Shown here: positions 1-13,889 of the stretch, piece after piece | How positions within the stretch are numbered: position 1 is the stretch's first letter | Layout: every line of letters starts with the position of its first letter | Assembly: GCF_964204645.1 (NCBI RefSeq) | Contig: NW_027437434.1 | Location: 117,001 to 181,000 of the forward strand | DNA from: Tubulanus polymorphus | Lineage: Eukaryota; Animalia; Nemertea | Direction of reading: 5' to 3' | Length of the DNA: 64,000 bases | Made by a program: the position numbers and the translations under genes | The notes under the pieces: model-generated | Seen by the model: only the letters and a program-made list of their open reading frames with translations | The model's database searches: none | What the model was told of the DNA's origin: nothing

Positions 1-180
1 TTTTGTCGCCCGCGACGATTCAATATTTTGTTTTTGTCGCCCGAGACGATTAATTAGTTTGGTTTTGTCGCCCGCGACAATTCAATATTTTGGTTTTATC
101 GCCCGCGACAATTCATTAGTTTGGTTTTGACGCCCGCGACAATTCAATATTTTGGTTTTGTCGCCCGCGACAATTATTTT
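1..180. repeat. ~31-bp tandem repeat (TTTTGGTTTTGTCGCCCGCGACAATTCAATA); continues at 1428-1630 and 4270-4795
   Basis: The unit is directly visible in many head-to-tail copies, with no unique spacers. Confidence 0.9.
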
Positions 181-181
181 T

Positions 182-1427
182 CAGTCCACTTGGGACTTTA
201 GTCCCAGCGGGCTATTGCGTTCACTTTTCATCCGTCCGTCCGTCCATAGACGGAATCCAGTTATTTTGGGAAGTTTTGAAGACGCTTCAAGGTAATGTCT
301 TGATATTTGGTTTATACATGTATCTACCCTAGACACATCGTCAGCCCAAAAACTGGCCCAGTCAGATTCAAGATGGCAGCCATTGTTGTTTGCCAAAATC
401 AGCACTTTTTAAACATTTTCGAAGTTTTCGTGGGAAATTTTGAAGACGCTTTGATCAATTACCTTGATCTTTCGTTTATATTTGAATCTACCAAAGGCCC
501 ATCAGCATAAGAAAATTGGGTCGATCTGACTCAAGATGGCCGTCCTATGACCTTTTTAGTGCCCTAAAATGTCAATTTTGGCCAGAATTCTAGGTTACGT
601 AGCTTCCTACTGGTTTGCCATTTCTCATTGCAATTGCTGATGGGTATTCTTTAGAGAGGGATGTTTTATACCTGGGACAGGTATCTTTGATCAGCCAATT
701 ATTACGCAATTGGCGGCCATCTTGGTGTCATCAGTACTCATTCGTAGGTGGGAAAAAGTTTTTCCTCATTAAATTGATACCTAAGCATATTGTGTTACTA
801 TATTCGATTGGAAAGTTGTAGCCCATAACGTGTTCTATGATTTTGGTGAGTTTCAAGGTCATTGGTTTTTGTATGTGGCCATCAGGGGGCGTTGAATAAT
901 ACAATAACTTAGTATTGCTATATTTGTACCAAGGCATATTTTGTTACCATGATCAATTGCAAAGTTGTAGTTCATTACATCGTCTATGATTGTGGTGAGT
1001 TTTTAAGGACATTAGTTATTCCATATAGTCACCAGGGGGCGTTGAATAGTAGAATGGCTTAGCATTTCCTTATTAGATTGGTACCTAGGCATATTTTGTT
1101 ACTATGATCAATTGCAAAGTTGTATTTTATGACATGTACTACGATTGGGGTGAGTTTTAAGGTCATTGGGTTTTGCATATGGTCACCAGGGGGCGTTGAA
1201 TAGTAGAATAACTTAGTATTTCCATATTAAATTGGTAACGAGGCATATTTTGTTATCACCATCGATTACAAAATCATAGCTGCTCATATGTTCTATGATT
1301 GTGGTGGGTTTCAAGGTCATTGGTTTTTGTATATGGTCACTAGAGGGCGTTATGTATTGAAATTGTTAGATTGTTGAGCATTTGAAACCACTTCTTCAGT
1401 GAGCATGGTGTCCCTGGACCCCTAGTT
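182..1427 (+). mobile_element. Non-autonomous Helentron/DINE-1-like element
   Basis: Inserted in a T-run of the 31-bp repeat with no TSD; 5' hairpin TGGGACT-TT-AGTCCCA followed by a (CCGT)n microsatellite; four internal ~150-bp tandem units (about 780-1350); 3' GTGAGC, short hairpin, CTAGTT end. Confidence 0.65.
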
Positions 1428-1717
1428 TGGTTTTGTCGCCCGCGAAAATTCATTATTTTGGTTTTGTCGCCCGCGACAATTCATTTTTTTGGTTTTGTCG
1501 CCCGCGACAATTCAATATTTTGGTTTTATCGCCAGCGACAATTGATTATTTTGGTTTTATCGCCCGCGACAATTGATTATTTTGGTTTTATCGCCCGCGA
1601 CAATTAATTTTTTTGGTTTTGTCGCCCACATTATTAGCTTTTGAATAATTAGGCCAATTAATAACGTAATAAAGAATCATGCTTTCGCCTATTTTGAAGT
1701 CGATTAATCTGATATAG

Positions 1718-2133
1718 TACGGAAGCGATAAAGGGCCTCGAGTTGTCGCGTTCAAACTCGACAAGTCGCCATATTTATGTCGATTTATCGCGATATATCG
1801 TGTCAAGTTCACATGAATATGTCTACATATCGTCACGTTTTCACGACAAATTTCGCTTATTTGCTCATTTTCCACGGGACAAGCCGTCATTTGAAGACAT
1901 GTCTAAATGTAAGATGAGGACGCCAGTAATATGACGACTGAGTTTCAAGTCGTCATGAATATGTCGACTTGTCTTGAGGAAAATGGTTGAGAAAACGAAA
2001 TATGTCGTCAAAACGTCACGATATATCGACATATTCATGTCGACTTGACGCGATATATCGCGGTATGTCGACAATAATATGGCGACTTGTCGAGTTGGAA
2101 CGCGTCATCTCGAGGCCCCTTATCGCTTCCGTA
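1718..2133. mobile_element. MITE with long TIRs (TACGGAAGCGATAA...TTATCGCTTCCGTA), copy 1
   Basis: TIRs longer than 100 bp; flanked on both sides by GATATAG(T). Confidence 0.85.
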
Positions 2134-2230
2134 GATATAGTGTCGAATATTAAGGTCATTTTGGCAGATTCTTTTTTTTTTAAAGTGATATTAAAGCGAT
2201 CATTCAAGTGATCCTACTTAATGAAAGATC

Positions 2231-2388
2231 TACGGAAGCGATAAAGGGACTCGAGTTGTTGCGTTACAACTCGACAAATCGCCATATTTATGTCGATATA
2301 TCGCATCAATTCGACATGAATATGTCGACATATCGTGACGTTTTGACGACTTGAAACTCAGTCGTCATATCACTGGCGTCCTCATCTT
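2231..2388. mobile_element. Truncated copy of the same MITE
   Basis: Starts TACGGAAGCGATAAAGGG; internally deleted; no second TIR. Confidence 0.7.
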
Positions 2389-2923
2389 TCAGCAACGCCA
2401 GTCACATTGAGTCGTACGTGTTCTACTTTCTGCGACGCGACACGACTGTCACAACCAACCGACGCGCTCTTGCGACTGGCAGAAACTAGTCGCACACAAT
2501 CGTATTGCAAGCGACTTGCATCGAAACTTGCGATGCAACGCGAGGATCGCATCGTGTCACAAGAACAACCTACGTCTGGCTTTAAGTTACTGCGGAGCAC
2601 CAGAAATATCTTTTTTTTTTCGTTCAAAAGACCTTTCGTTTGAAAATTCTTTCGTCGGAACAAAATCTATTTCGTTCGAACCAATAATATTCTATACAAT
2701 TGAACCAATTTGAAAAAATCGTTAGAACAAAGTTGAACAAACTTTTTTTTTGTCCAAACGAAAGGTTTTTCATTCCAACAATCATTCAATTGAACAGAAT
2801 CGTTTTAATTTGAACAGAATTTTCTTGTCAGAACATTAAGTTTTTCGTTCGAACAAGTATATTGAAAAAAGTTTTTTCTCCGAACCGAAAGTATTAAGTA
2901 TTTCGTTCAATCGAACAGAATTG

Positions 2924-3349
2924 TACGGAAGCAATAAAGGACCTCGAGATGTCGCGTTCCAACTCGACAAGTCGCCATATTTATGTCGACATACCGCGAT
3001 ATATCGCGTCAAGTCGACATGAATATGTCGATATATCGTGACGTTTTGACGACATATTTCGTTCTCTCAACCACTTTCCTCGCGACAAGTCGACATATTC
3101 GTGACGACTTGAAACTCAGTCGTCATATTACTGGTGTCCTCATCTTACATTTAGACATGTCTTCAAATGACGGTTTGTCCCGTGGAAAATGGGCGAAAAA
3201 GCGAAATTTGTCGTGAAAACGTCACGATATGGCGATATATTCATGTCGACTTGACGCGATATATCGCGATATATCGCGGTATGTCGACATAAATATGACG
3301 ACTTGTCGAGTTGGAACGCGACATCTCGAGGCTCCTTATCGCTTCCGTA
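2924..3349. mobile_element. MITE copy 3, inverted relative to copy 1
   Basis: Same TIRs; flanked by GAATTG on both sides. Confidence 0.85.
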
Positions 3350-4269
3350 GAATTGTTTTCATTCAAACATTCGTTCGAAAAAAATTGTTTTCGCTCAACC
3401 AAATTTTTTTTCATTTCAACAATAACATAGCTTTTCATTCGAACACATTTTTTGTCAGAATGAAGAAGATTTTTGGTTCAAGCAAAATATTAACAAAATT
3501 AACAAATTTATTACCGAAAGATTGCACATTCTGTCGCGGTTTTTAAAAACTAATTCTAACAGTAACCCATTTTCCTCATCAAATTATATTACTGGTACAC
3601 AGGAAATTTACTACTTTAGATTTTAAAAGCACTGTCGAGCCGTAAACATCGACAAATTGACGTGTGTCACTACATCGTCGTTCCGGGAATCAGCCGCGAG
3701 TTTCTCCTCATTCTGAGAATCAAATCGAGTACAAATTAATTTATTACTACCAGTGATTTGGCTGCGGGCGTCAAGCAGTTAATTTAGCAATACCTATTTT
3801 TCTTTACCAAATTTACCGTGTTTTTACTAAGATAAATCATAAGTGTACCGGGGAGTCGTAGGCCTTAACTAAACACGCCGAAGAGATATAGCGGAGAAAA
3901 GCTGTTATGTCGACGAGGTATCAAAATAAAAGAATATATTACTTTATTCGGCCGCGGCCTTCTATATCAATACCATCAATACTCTATATTTCCTACAGTA
4001 CATACCGATCATTGTCAAATCCACAAGGTATTTACTGAATACAAGTATATACCACACTCCTATCCGTATGCTGGACTCACACTTGACATTCGGAGTAAGC
4101 GTTCGCAGTGGGGGAAAGGAGATCGTTCGCTGTGTCGCTTGAAGTGTTTATCGAGTTTTACGCGACCTTAAAGCTTTAGTATGGTGGCTGATAAGTTGAA
4201 AAAACACGAATATGCAAATAAGGGCGACATTACGACAAAACGACAAAACTAAAATAACGCGAGAAAACA

Positions 4270-4969
<700 letters not shown>

Positions 4970-6470
4970 CCTGGTCTCATAATTCAATTTCAGCCGACTC
5001 CGTGAAGAAAAGACACAGTTTGGCCGAGCTATGAAAACCCCTGCATCTGGAAGTGGACGGAAAGCACCAACTCCAAGACTAGAGTGCATTGAAAAGCAAT
5101 TAACGTTCTTGTCTCCTCATATGAAGCATAGAGATACACAGTCAAATTTCGAGGTAAAAAATTTAAATGCCATTATTTTATTACAAATGATTTTCACACG
5201 ATATTATAAGTAAAAACGTTTCCATTACGTAAGTCATATGAAAAGTAAATAGAGTTCTACATGTATTTCTTAAACCATGCTATCTTGCCAACTCACAGAA
5301 CCTTCATTCATAAAATATTCAATTAAGGAAAGCCGTTTTTCTTTTGCTTGCACACTACTAAAGTTACTATGTGGTAAGCCAACTGATTGCAATATGTCAT
5401 CAGTTCTCCATTCGCCATCTGACCAGATACGACTTTCCGTGTCTTCGCTATCTATGAGTCCTTGGTGCGTGTAGACAGGGTCCCCAAGATTTCTCAAGAA
5501 ATTGTGGAGAACACATGCGGCGAGTACTATTGTCTCAACGCGGTCAGGTTGAAGGCACATTCTGCTCAAGAACACACGAAATTTCTGGCACAAGATCCCA
5601 AAGGCGTTTTCGACAACACGTCTTGCTCGTGACAGCCTGTAGTTATATATCCTTTGCTCTATAGTCATATTATGGAACGGATATGGTTTCATTATGTAGT
5701 CCTTTAAAGGAAAGGCATCATCAGCAAGTATATGATACGATAGCTCTTTCTCACTGTCTGGCAATTGAGATTTCTTTGGAATGTTGAGAAGTCTCTGTTC
5801 AAGTGCTTCAGCTAGTGAACATGTATTGAACACTCCGCCATCAGATATGCGACCGTTACAACCCACATCAACATAAACGAATTTATAGTCCGCATCGACT
5901 AGGGCCATCAATACAATGCTAAAAAACTTTTTATAGTTATAATACACCGATCCCGAGTTTTTAGGTGCATTAACAGCAATGTGCTTTCCATCAATTGCAC
6001 CAATGGTATTCGGAAAGTTCCACTTTTCATCGAACTTATCAGGAATTTTCTTCCATTCATCTTCTGTTTGTGGCATCTGCAATAAAAAATTTAATTGATA
6101 AATTACTTTATATTTCAGCTTGATGAACCTATATCTGACAATGAAATTGACATTGAAAACGACGACTCCAGTGAAAGATCTTTTAGTCGATGTAGTACAC
6201 CCGCTCCATGTACTAGTAATGCAGAGTCTAGTATACCGCGAGCATCAACGCCATCACAGGAAACTAAACGGAAAAATGCTGGACCAAATAAACGCAAATC
6301 ACAAACGGATACGAGGAGCAGTCAGGATGTTTTGGAATCTATTACACATTCATTAGCACGTCCAATTGAAGTGTCTACTCCAATTGTTCAGAAGTCGTCA
6401 GAAGACCAGGCACTAGGACATTTGTGGGAAATTGTAGAAACAATTGCGAAAATTAATCATGCTATCACGT
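4970..6470 (+). pseudogene. Harbinger accessory (Myb/SANT-MADF-type) DNA-binding protein gene remnant, exons ~4970-5153 and 6119-~6470
   Basis: SGSG...[18 protein letters not shown] resembles the C-terminal edge of MADF domains in Harbinger ORF2; donor GAG|GTAAA at 5153; acceptor TTTCAG at 6118; low-complexity S/T/P-rich second exon. Confidence 0.6.
5270..6076 (-). pseudogene. PIF/Harbinger (HARBI1-like) DDE transposase, last exon
   Basis: Motifs FPNTIGAIDGKH, GRISDGGVF, ADDAFPL, YNYRLSRARRVVENAFG, ACVLHNF; acceptor TTTTATTGCAG at 6077-6087; upstream exon missing. Confidence 0.93.
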
Positions 6471-6679
6471 CTGCTGTGTTTATGTTTATCGTTATGTTTA
6501 TCGTATTCTTGCTTTACGTCGTTCGGATAAAATAACCATAGCTCAAGGCCTTTCATATAATATGTTCAATTGCGGTAAAATATCATTTTTCAATAGATTT
6601 TTGAAAGGCCTCTATCGTATCAGTATCACACGCGGACAAAACGGGGGGCCGGGGAGGCCTGGAATGAAAGCCTACAGCC

Positions 6680-8568
6680 AGGCTTGTCCGTGCAAAGCGT
6701 GTCGCAATTTCTTCATCACACAGGTCAGACACATCATATTCATTTTATATTGTTGTAGGAATGAATCTAATATCCAAGTCGTTAACGGTGGAGAACTACG
6801 TTCTACAGATATATACGCGACGTATTCGGAGGGTTGCTTCAGTCGAAATGTTATTCCACGATCCAACGCCGAAATAGGAAAATTTATTAGATGTATATAT
6901 CCGTTTGTGGAACACAAGAAACTATACGTCGGAGGAAAAGTCTGCAACGGTTACCTGAATGTCTCTTGGCGACCGAAGATGTATGAAACTATATCGGATC
7001 TTAACGAATTGGGGACTTTGTTTCCAAACGCGATATTCTTGAAAACGTCTTTTACTTCAACTAAAGTAATTTTGCCGAGTGGAATGGCGGTAAATGATAT
7101 ACCCGTCAATCGAGAAATTGTGTTCGATTTTCATGAAATGGTCTATCGCGTATACGTCAGGACTCGTGAACTCGATCTAAAAAAATTGTACATGTCATCG
7201 AAATTCAAAATGGATAAATCTGTTTCAAATATCTTGAACCTATGTACGAAAATTAAATTGTGCATTGGAAAGGTAAAACCGAACCGTTCAATCGTAAGGA
7301 ATATGTATGTTGAAAATGTTATGTGCAATGGTCAGTCCGCAATCGTCTGCGTTCGATCGAAAAACTGTGCGAGGGCTGTACCTTTTAACAGCGGAAAACT
7401 GACCGTCTCGTGCAAACCATGCCGTGATATCGTTCTGTGTGAACCGTTTGAAAATGTTTGAAGACGCCTACGAGTGGGACCGTCGAAACGCCGTACAGGT
7501 CCATAGGCATCTGTCACGGGAACATATCTATCTAAACGGAGCCAGTAAAATGCGGAATCATCTTGCCGAACAAGTACTGGATGTAGATATGCTACAATTG
7601 TTCATGGAGTATCAGGTACGTGTACTTAAAGCTCTTTTTAGGGGTTTTAAAATGGAAGGTAACAGGAAAAAAATTAAAATATATTTTTTTTAATCATTTG
7701 AATATTTTCCACATAGAACTTCGGAATGAATCCTGGAAAAAATTTAAAAGGAGTAAAAATTGTGATGAACTTGATTCAAATGATGGGAGAAATGAAAAAA
7801 AAACTAACTTTTTTGCAAATCACGAGATTGAAAATTAAGAAGAGAAAATCAAGACGCACATAAAAAATTACTCTAAGTTATAAAAAACGGCCTTACTATT
7901 TGCTAAATATACGAATTTAATTGATATTTTATTGCCTTTCAAAATATTTTTTCAGGGAAGTCTCGGGGAAGAAGGCGGTAAGCTGAACGGGTGCATCGAG
8001 ATACTCCGACAGACATCGTTGCTGGTGAAAATATTCCGCGATTCCAGATGCATTAAAGACACCAACGACGAGAGATTAACGCAACTAGAAGGGGTTCACA
8101 ATTGGTTCCTTTCATGGGAAAAATCGGTGTTGGAGAGTGACATAAATGACGGAGAAAAAAAGAAGAAACACCTGTCTTACCAGTGCAGAGATGATCTGAA
8201 ATCAGCCATTTTGGGATTCATATCACTATGCAAGGACAGGTATAGGTTTAGCAATTTACGTAACTACATTTTTCTCATTAAATCAAACAATCATTACTTT
8301 TCCTTCACTTTTTAGATTACAATACAACCCCATAAATCCAGGACGACTTAACAGCGAGAGTATAGAGAATCATTTTTGCCAGCAACGGGGCTTCAATGGT
8401 AACAAGACTAACCCGACATATGCCGTTTACCAGAAATCAGAGAATACATTAATTCTGTGTCAACATACCATATCAAAAAAGGCAAATGCATCAAACGGAA
8501 AACGTCAAGCAGATCCATACATTTTCGATGGGAAGATACGAAAACCCAAATTACAATCCTGTGTTTAA
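6680..8568 (+). pseudogene. Spliced, internally deleted P-element/THAP9-like transposase with an N-terminal RFX-like winged helix
   Basis: Exons 6759-7615, 7956-8239 and 8316-8568 with GT-AG junctions; SKMRNHLAEQVL resembles P-family KMKVKLAAQVLS; RLNSESIENHFCQQRGFNGNKTNPT resembles QDxLENFFxxxRxxGGxNDNPT; N-terminus has LRSTDIYATY..C..NAEIGKFIRCIYP..K.L..G....Y (RFX-like). Confidence 0.7.
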
Positions 8569-9256
8569 AGGTTAACTGCCAGGTTTTTGATGTAAATGCC
8601 ATGTTGCCTGGATCATCGTAAAGCATATTTATAACAGGCGGTAGTTGAAGGAAATCACCTACGTGGATGAAATAAATGCAAATGATATTATTCATGATTT
8701 CATGAGCCATTTCATTATGCTTTGTACCAAAAATTCATGTTAGTACCTGAAACAATAATCTGTATACCCCCAAACGGGCGTTTGTTTCCTCGGACTTGTC
8801 TTATTGTTTTCTCTAATAACGTAAATATTCGAGATGAGATCATTGATATTTCATCAATAAACAAGAGATCACAGGTGCATATAATTTCTTTCTTCTTTTT
8901 TTCCCATCCCCCGTCATCAGCTGTTGCGTTACTTCATCTGCACTGTATCTACCATCAAGGATAGCGGCCCAACTAAAAAAACATCCGAAACACCGTGAAT
9001 TACAAAAGATGCAAAAAATCACAGCATTGGGTTAACACAACAGTAGAACGCTTTAGAGGACGATCACAAACGAATGATTAGACTGATTTAGGACTGCAGT
9101 TAAGTGTCCCTAATGGTTATGTACCTAACCTTACCATAACACTATTCTTTAGTAACACTAGTGGCACCTCCCAGTGGAAAGATGACCCAAACTGCAGTTA
9201 GACCTATAGTTTTGTTTTTCTAATTGCTTGACCTTTGCTTACCTGTGGATAGTTTG
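8553..9256 (-). pseudogene. PIF1-family 5'-3' helicase, downstream part (9256-9243, 8972-8747, 8658-8553), 3' truncated
   Basis: Splicing gives QTIHS|WAAILDGRY...LLFIDEISMIS...RPFGGIQIIVSG|DFLQLPPV, i.e. PIF1 motifs Ib, II and III; frameshift in an A-run near 8900. Confidence 0.88.
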
Positions 9257-9591
9257 GCTCCTACTAAATACCGACTGGAGCCGACTGGAACCGACCGGAG
9301 CCGACTGAAAACCGACTGGAGCCGACTGGAAACCGACTGGAGCTCCAATCGAAAATAAATGAAGACAATAATGTTCATCAATAACATAATCCTTTTATTA
9401 ATATTATTTCTATACATGACGATGAAACTTTTAATTTTTTTTCAAGTTCAAAATTATTTTCTTATCATAATAATATTATTCATATCATTATTAATATTAT
9501 TTCTATACATTCTCATCAATAACGAAAATTGTTTTCTTATCATTATAACATTCACATCATGATTATTTTTACATTTCTATCATATTCTATC

Positions 9592-10555
9592 CAGGGCTGC
9601 CAACCAGTACGATATCGTCGTATTTTCGTACGATTGGTGCGTTGAACGTACGACGATACGCTGAACAACAAATCAATACGACCGGGAGCTAGTAACTGTA
9701 CGATGATACGCTGTACGGCAAACTAATACGACCCGTTCGTTTAATGCATACGATAATACAATGAATTGTCTTTTAGTACGATAATATATCAAGATATGTT
9801 GTTAAAGTAAATAAATATTACGTATTTTCTATCGTTTCTTAGACTTTTGATTTCACGCCGCAGTATTGCGACGATTGTGTTCGCTACTTAGGACGTCTGT
9901 CGATTGACGGTATCAAAGATGGCGGCTTCCTGTTCGCGGCGTGTGCCGGCTCGTTCTTTGAAATTTTAACAATAAAAGTGAACAATATGTCCGATTCAAA
10001 TGACGGAGAGGAGCGTGCTGATCATGCGGCGGCAGCTGATGCTGGTAACGAAAGATCTTCGGCAAAAAAACGAAACGTAGTGGAACCGGACCGGAGATAC
10101 GTAAACAAACGTTCTTAAATGTCTAGACGTAGAAATTCCCTTGCATCACAAGGTCAAAATCGTCTCGGTATTTTGCTTATTGTAACATTTGCGGGATTGA
10201 TGTATCAGTATCCCATGGTGGGAGTAGTGACCTTGTAAAGCACTTTGGTACTACTGGCCACAAAGATAAAGCTAAGTTTAGGAAAATTTCCCACTTCTTG
10301 CGTCCTAGCCAGAAAGAAGATGATGATTTGTCAGTGATTCGTACAGAAGTATTGTTCACATACTTCTTAGTTGAACATAATTTTGCTCTCATGGCTAAAA
10401 TGTTGTCGTGAATTACAGAAATAAAGATTTCAATATTGATTTTCCGGTTTATGTTTTCTTGATTTTTGGAAACCAAAAATAGGATGTGATCTGAAAAAAT
10501 AGGATGAAACATGGATATGAGTAGGATGAGAGAAAACTATGAGTTGGCAGCTCTG
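9592..10555 (+). mobile_element. Internally deleted hAT-type transposon nested in the MULE
   Basis: TIRs CAGGGCTGCCAAC / GTTGGCAGCTCTG; 6-bp duplication TCTATC; subterminal TACGA repeats; 10135-10393 encodes CNICGIDVSVSHGGSSDLVKHFGTTGH..TEVLFTYFLVEHNF, a hAT N-terminal zinc-finger region not in the ORF track. Confidence 0.8.
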
Positions 10556-10903
10556 TCTATCATACTTAGAGGATATTTCATACATCGCTCATATTCTACC
10601 ATTATATATTTATTTTATTACTACATGTATTTCAAGGATATTTAATTTTATTACAATACATTCTCATCCATAACAATTATTTTCTTATCATCATAATATT
10701 CATATTATCATCTTTACATTTCTATCATATTCTATCATATTTATTTCATTACTATATATGTATCCAACGCTATAATAAAAAATGTTTTTGGTGCCTGATG
10801 AGACTGACCTTTAAAGCCTGCTTTCCACTGTTGCAGTGTACTTCAGGCACCAAACATAGTAGTTTTACTATACTAAATTGGTTTTAAATCATTGACAATC
10901 ATA

Positions 10904-13080
10904 TTACGAGTCCTCGTTAACTTTTTGCCGTTTAGCGGATAAGGTTTTCGCATTTTTTGTCCTTTTTCTTTGTCCTGGTTTTCTGGCGACTTTGGCTGTT
11001 TTTGGAATTGTCAATTGTTGTTGAGGTAATAGTTTTAATAGATTTCTTTTTCGTTTAAGGTTCATGAATTTATTGCATATGGTTTCCTTGTCTTCGTTGC
11101 TTTCCTGCATCCACATTATATGGGAAATAGTATATCTTTGTAAAGAAGGAACAACTTCATAATTTCCTTGATGGTGAAGGGCACGACGGACATCGATATA
11201 CTGTATTTTTACTAATTTGTGTAACTGTTCTATCAAATCGGGGATCTTCAGAATCTTCCAGTTAGTTGCTAGTTTGATTATACTGTTTATAGTCTCACAG
11301 TTATTGTTTGTCCATCCTATAGGGTGACATTTCTTAACTTAAGCTTAACTTGAACTCCAGCTTTTCAAAGTATGGGATGAAGAGCGGAGCGATTTCGTTG
11401 ATTCTAGCCTTGACCTCCATCATTCTGAGTGTATACTTATACTCATCAAGTTCATGTAACGCGCCGCTTTTACCAAATATAGAGTCGACTATTTCATCTT
11501 TTATTTTATCATTCACCCCAATTTTGTGTTGCAAATGCCGTTTTACGGTTTCAATCAAATGTCGGTAGCATAACAATTGAGTAGCATTTGGACATGTCTC
11601 TTTGATTGCTTTCAGTACAGCTTTTTCTTCGTCGGATCCAACGGTTAACATTTTGCCCGCAATTTCTGTATTTATGTTTGAGTCTAATTTCGCTTTTAAG
11701 TAAGAGAAGAATTGCTGGTAATGGTCTCGCCGTCCCAATGCAGAAATAATGGCCCAGTGAAAATTGGTGCTTCTTGTGTTTCACGACGGAGCAAATGGGT
11801 GTTCTTGAAAACCGTTACAGTCAAATAGCAGGCACCAACGTTGAATGTACGATCGATGTCAAGAATCGGAAGGTTCCGCCGCTTGCGTACAAAATCGTTT
11901 TACGTCTCTCATCTGTTGCTCTGTATATAAAATAACCGTCGGAGGTTTTTCCGATCGAAGTAATTACCTCTCGGATGAAATCACTGCCGGATTGCATATT
12001 CATGAGAGTTTGTATTTCATCTGCTACATTCTTACGGTTGCCGGATGTGCGATCCTTGACCATTTCACGGTGCCGTACATTCTGTACCTGTTTCAAGTTT
12101 CTTGGCGCTGATGATGAGCTATTTAGACTTAGGTCGTTATGAACTTGCATCGGTTTTTGTGTGGTCACCTTATTGGCGATTACATCCATGACGGAGTCTG
12201 AAGTCCGAAAATATTCTATTCCAGTCCCCTTTTTTTGTATTGTCATGCGCCGTACCACTATCCGGCGGATCACCGAGATACTCCACCACTGACCGGTTTC
12301 GTACATCGCCGAAGTTTGCTGGAGAATGGTCAATCGAAGTAATTCGTTTTTTGAAATCCGGTTTTCGTTTTAGTGTAGCGTAAAACCGCCTCAAAATAAT
12401 CAAATGTTCGTCAGAAGGTTGTTGATCTAATGCTACGAATTCTTTTTTTCATCCTTATGCCGTACGACCAATTCTTCGATTCGATGACCTGGAAGATGAA
12501 ATTTACCTGATGAAATCCCGATCATTCAAATCACAAAGTGATGGGCGTAAATTTTAGTACGTATTTATGCGTTTTTTACCTTATGTGTTCCATTTTCTTG
12601 TATGAGAACCACCACCTTCTTAGTTGAAGACATCTTTGTGTCCCAAACTCCAGAGTCATCAACGAATTTACTCCGGTTCCCAGCCTGTCTACGTTGAACG
12701 TTGTTGGTGTTGTCTAATAAGTAGTACACATCACGTTTTCGGCCGTTTGGAATACTGGTGGGAAGTTCTAATTTTTCGGTGGCGGATTTTCTAATCACAT
12801 ATTCAATCACTTCAGCGGTATCCAAAAATCTCCCATTTAGCCGACCCGAAGAGCCGTTAATTTCATTTGATGGTATTGTCGTGGTGCCGTCGTCAAATGT
12901 GTCAGACGGTGACGAAACGCCTAGAAAGGAGATAGATATGCTATTAAAAACGGGCAATGTAGATTCCCAGGCATTAGTTAATACTTCAAATTGATATACA
13001 CACCTGTTAAATCTGATCTGGAAGAAAGTGTAGAATTATGCCCTGGTTCATTGCTTAGGCGTGTCTTCGCGTCGATTTTG
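10904..13080 (-). pseudogene. MULE DDE transposase, frameshifted
   Basis: Fragments carry IDRTFNVG, GSDEEKAVLKAIKETCPNATQLLCYRHL (D..CxxH) and WTNNNCETIN (E); basic C-terminal tail KPGQRKR. Confidence 0.88.
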
Positions 13081-13889
13081 TCTGAAAAGAAATAGAAAAA
13101 AAATCAGTTCCTGTTATAACTTAGTTATCAAATGTTGTTATAATGATTCAATTATTTTTACAAAACTTACAATCTACATCGACTTTTTTAGGTGCGGAAA
13201 CTGTTATTCTCGACTCGTCAAATTCCGGAAACGGCGGAGAAATACCTATAGATATGATTTCATGTTTAATTAATGATAGTTCTGTTGCCAAACGATTTAA
13301 ATTAATTAAATAGATCGAGCAGTATGACGACATGACGACGTAACGTACCTACAGCTGTACTATTAAACTGTCTTGATGGGCTGTCAGAATCTTGCATTTG
13401 TAAAGTACTAACGCAGTTCTCAAAGCTCACTCTTTTCGAAGATCTCTTCTCTGCAAAGACAAAATGGAGTGTAAGCTAACAAAGCAGCTTGAAATTAAGA
13501 CAACTTACGTAGAGTTATTAGATGTTAAGTTTATCAATTAGTAAAGTAATTAAGAAGTTAAGTATGTATGTCTTACCGGAATTTCGTGGTGACATCTTAA
13601 AACGTGTTGTTTCTAAAACAGAAAAAAAAGAAGACTTGCTTTTTTCTGTACACTTTTTTTCTTATTTGTTTCAGATTGAGATTCGACACTATATAAAATT
13701 TACTCGGTGCCTACCTAAGCTTGGAAACTCTTCTTCTGACGAAAGATTAAGCACATTTTCCTTGTCTACCGCTGAAATTATAGAATTTGGTGAATTAAGG
13801 CATATATTCATTTGGTAAAAACTCTCACTAGATAATTTCAGAAATCATTTACAGAATCTTCGTTTCATACGAAGTTTGGTAACTAAAAA

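Noticed and set aside
3850-4100. Small exon-like segments with splice signals
   Set aside because: Too short to assign; no recognisable product
10786-10854. Hairpin TTTGGTGCCTGA...TCAGGCACCAAA containing CTGATGA, downstream of the MULE transposase
   Set aside because: No correctly placed GAAA or stem III for a hammerhead and no 3' GA for a SECIS; only a generic stem-loop
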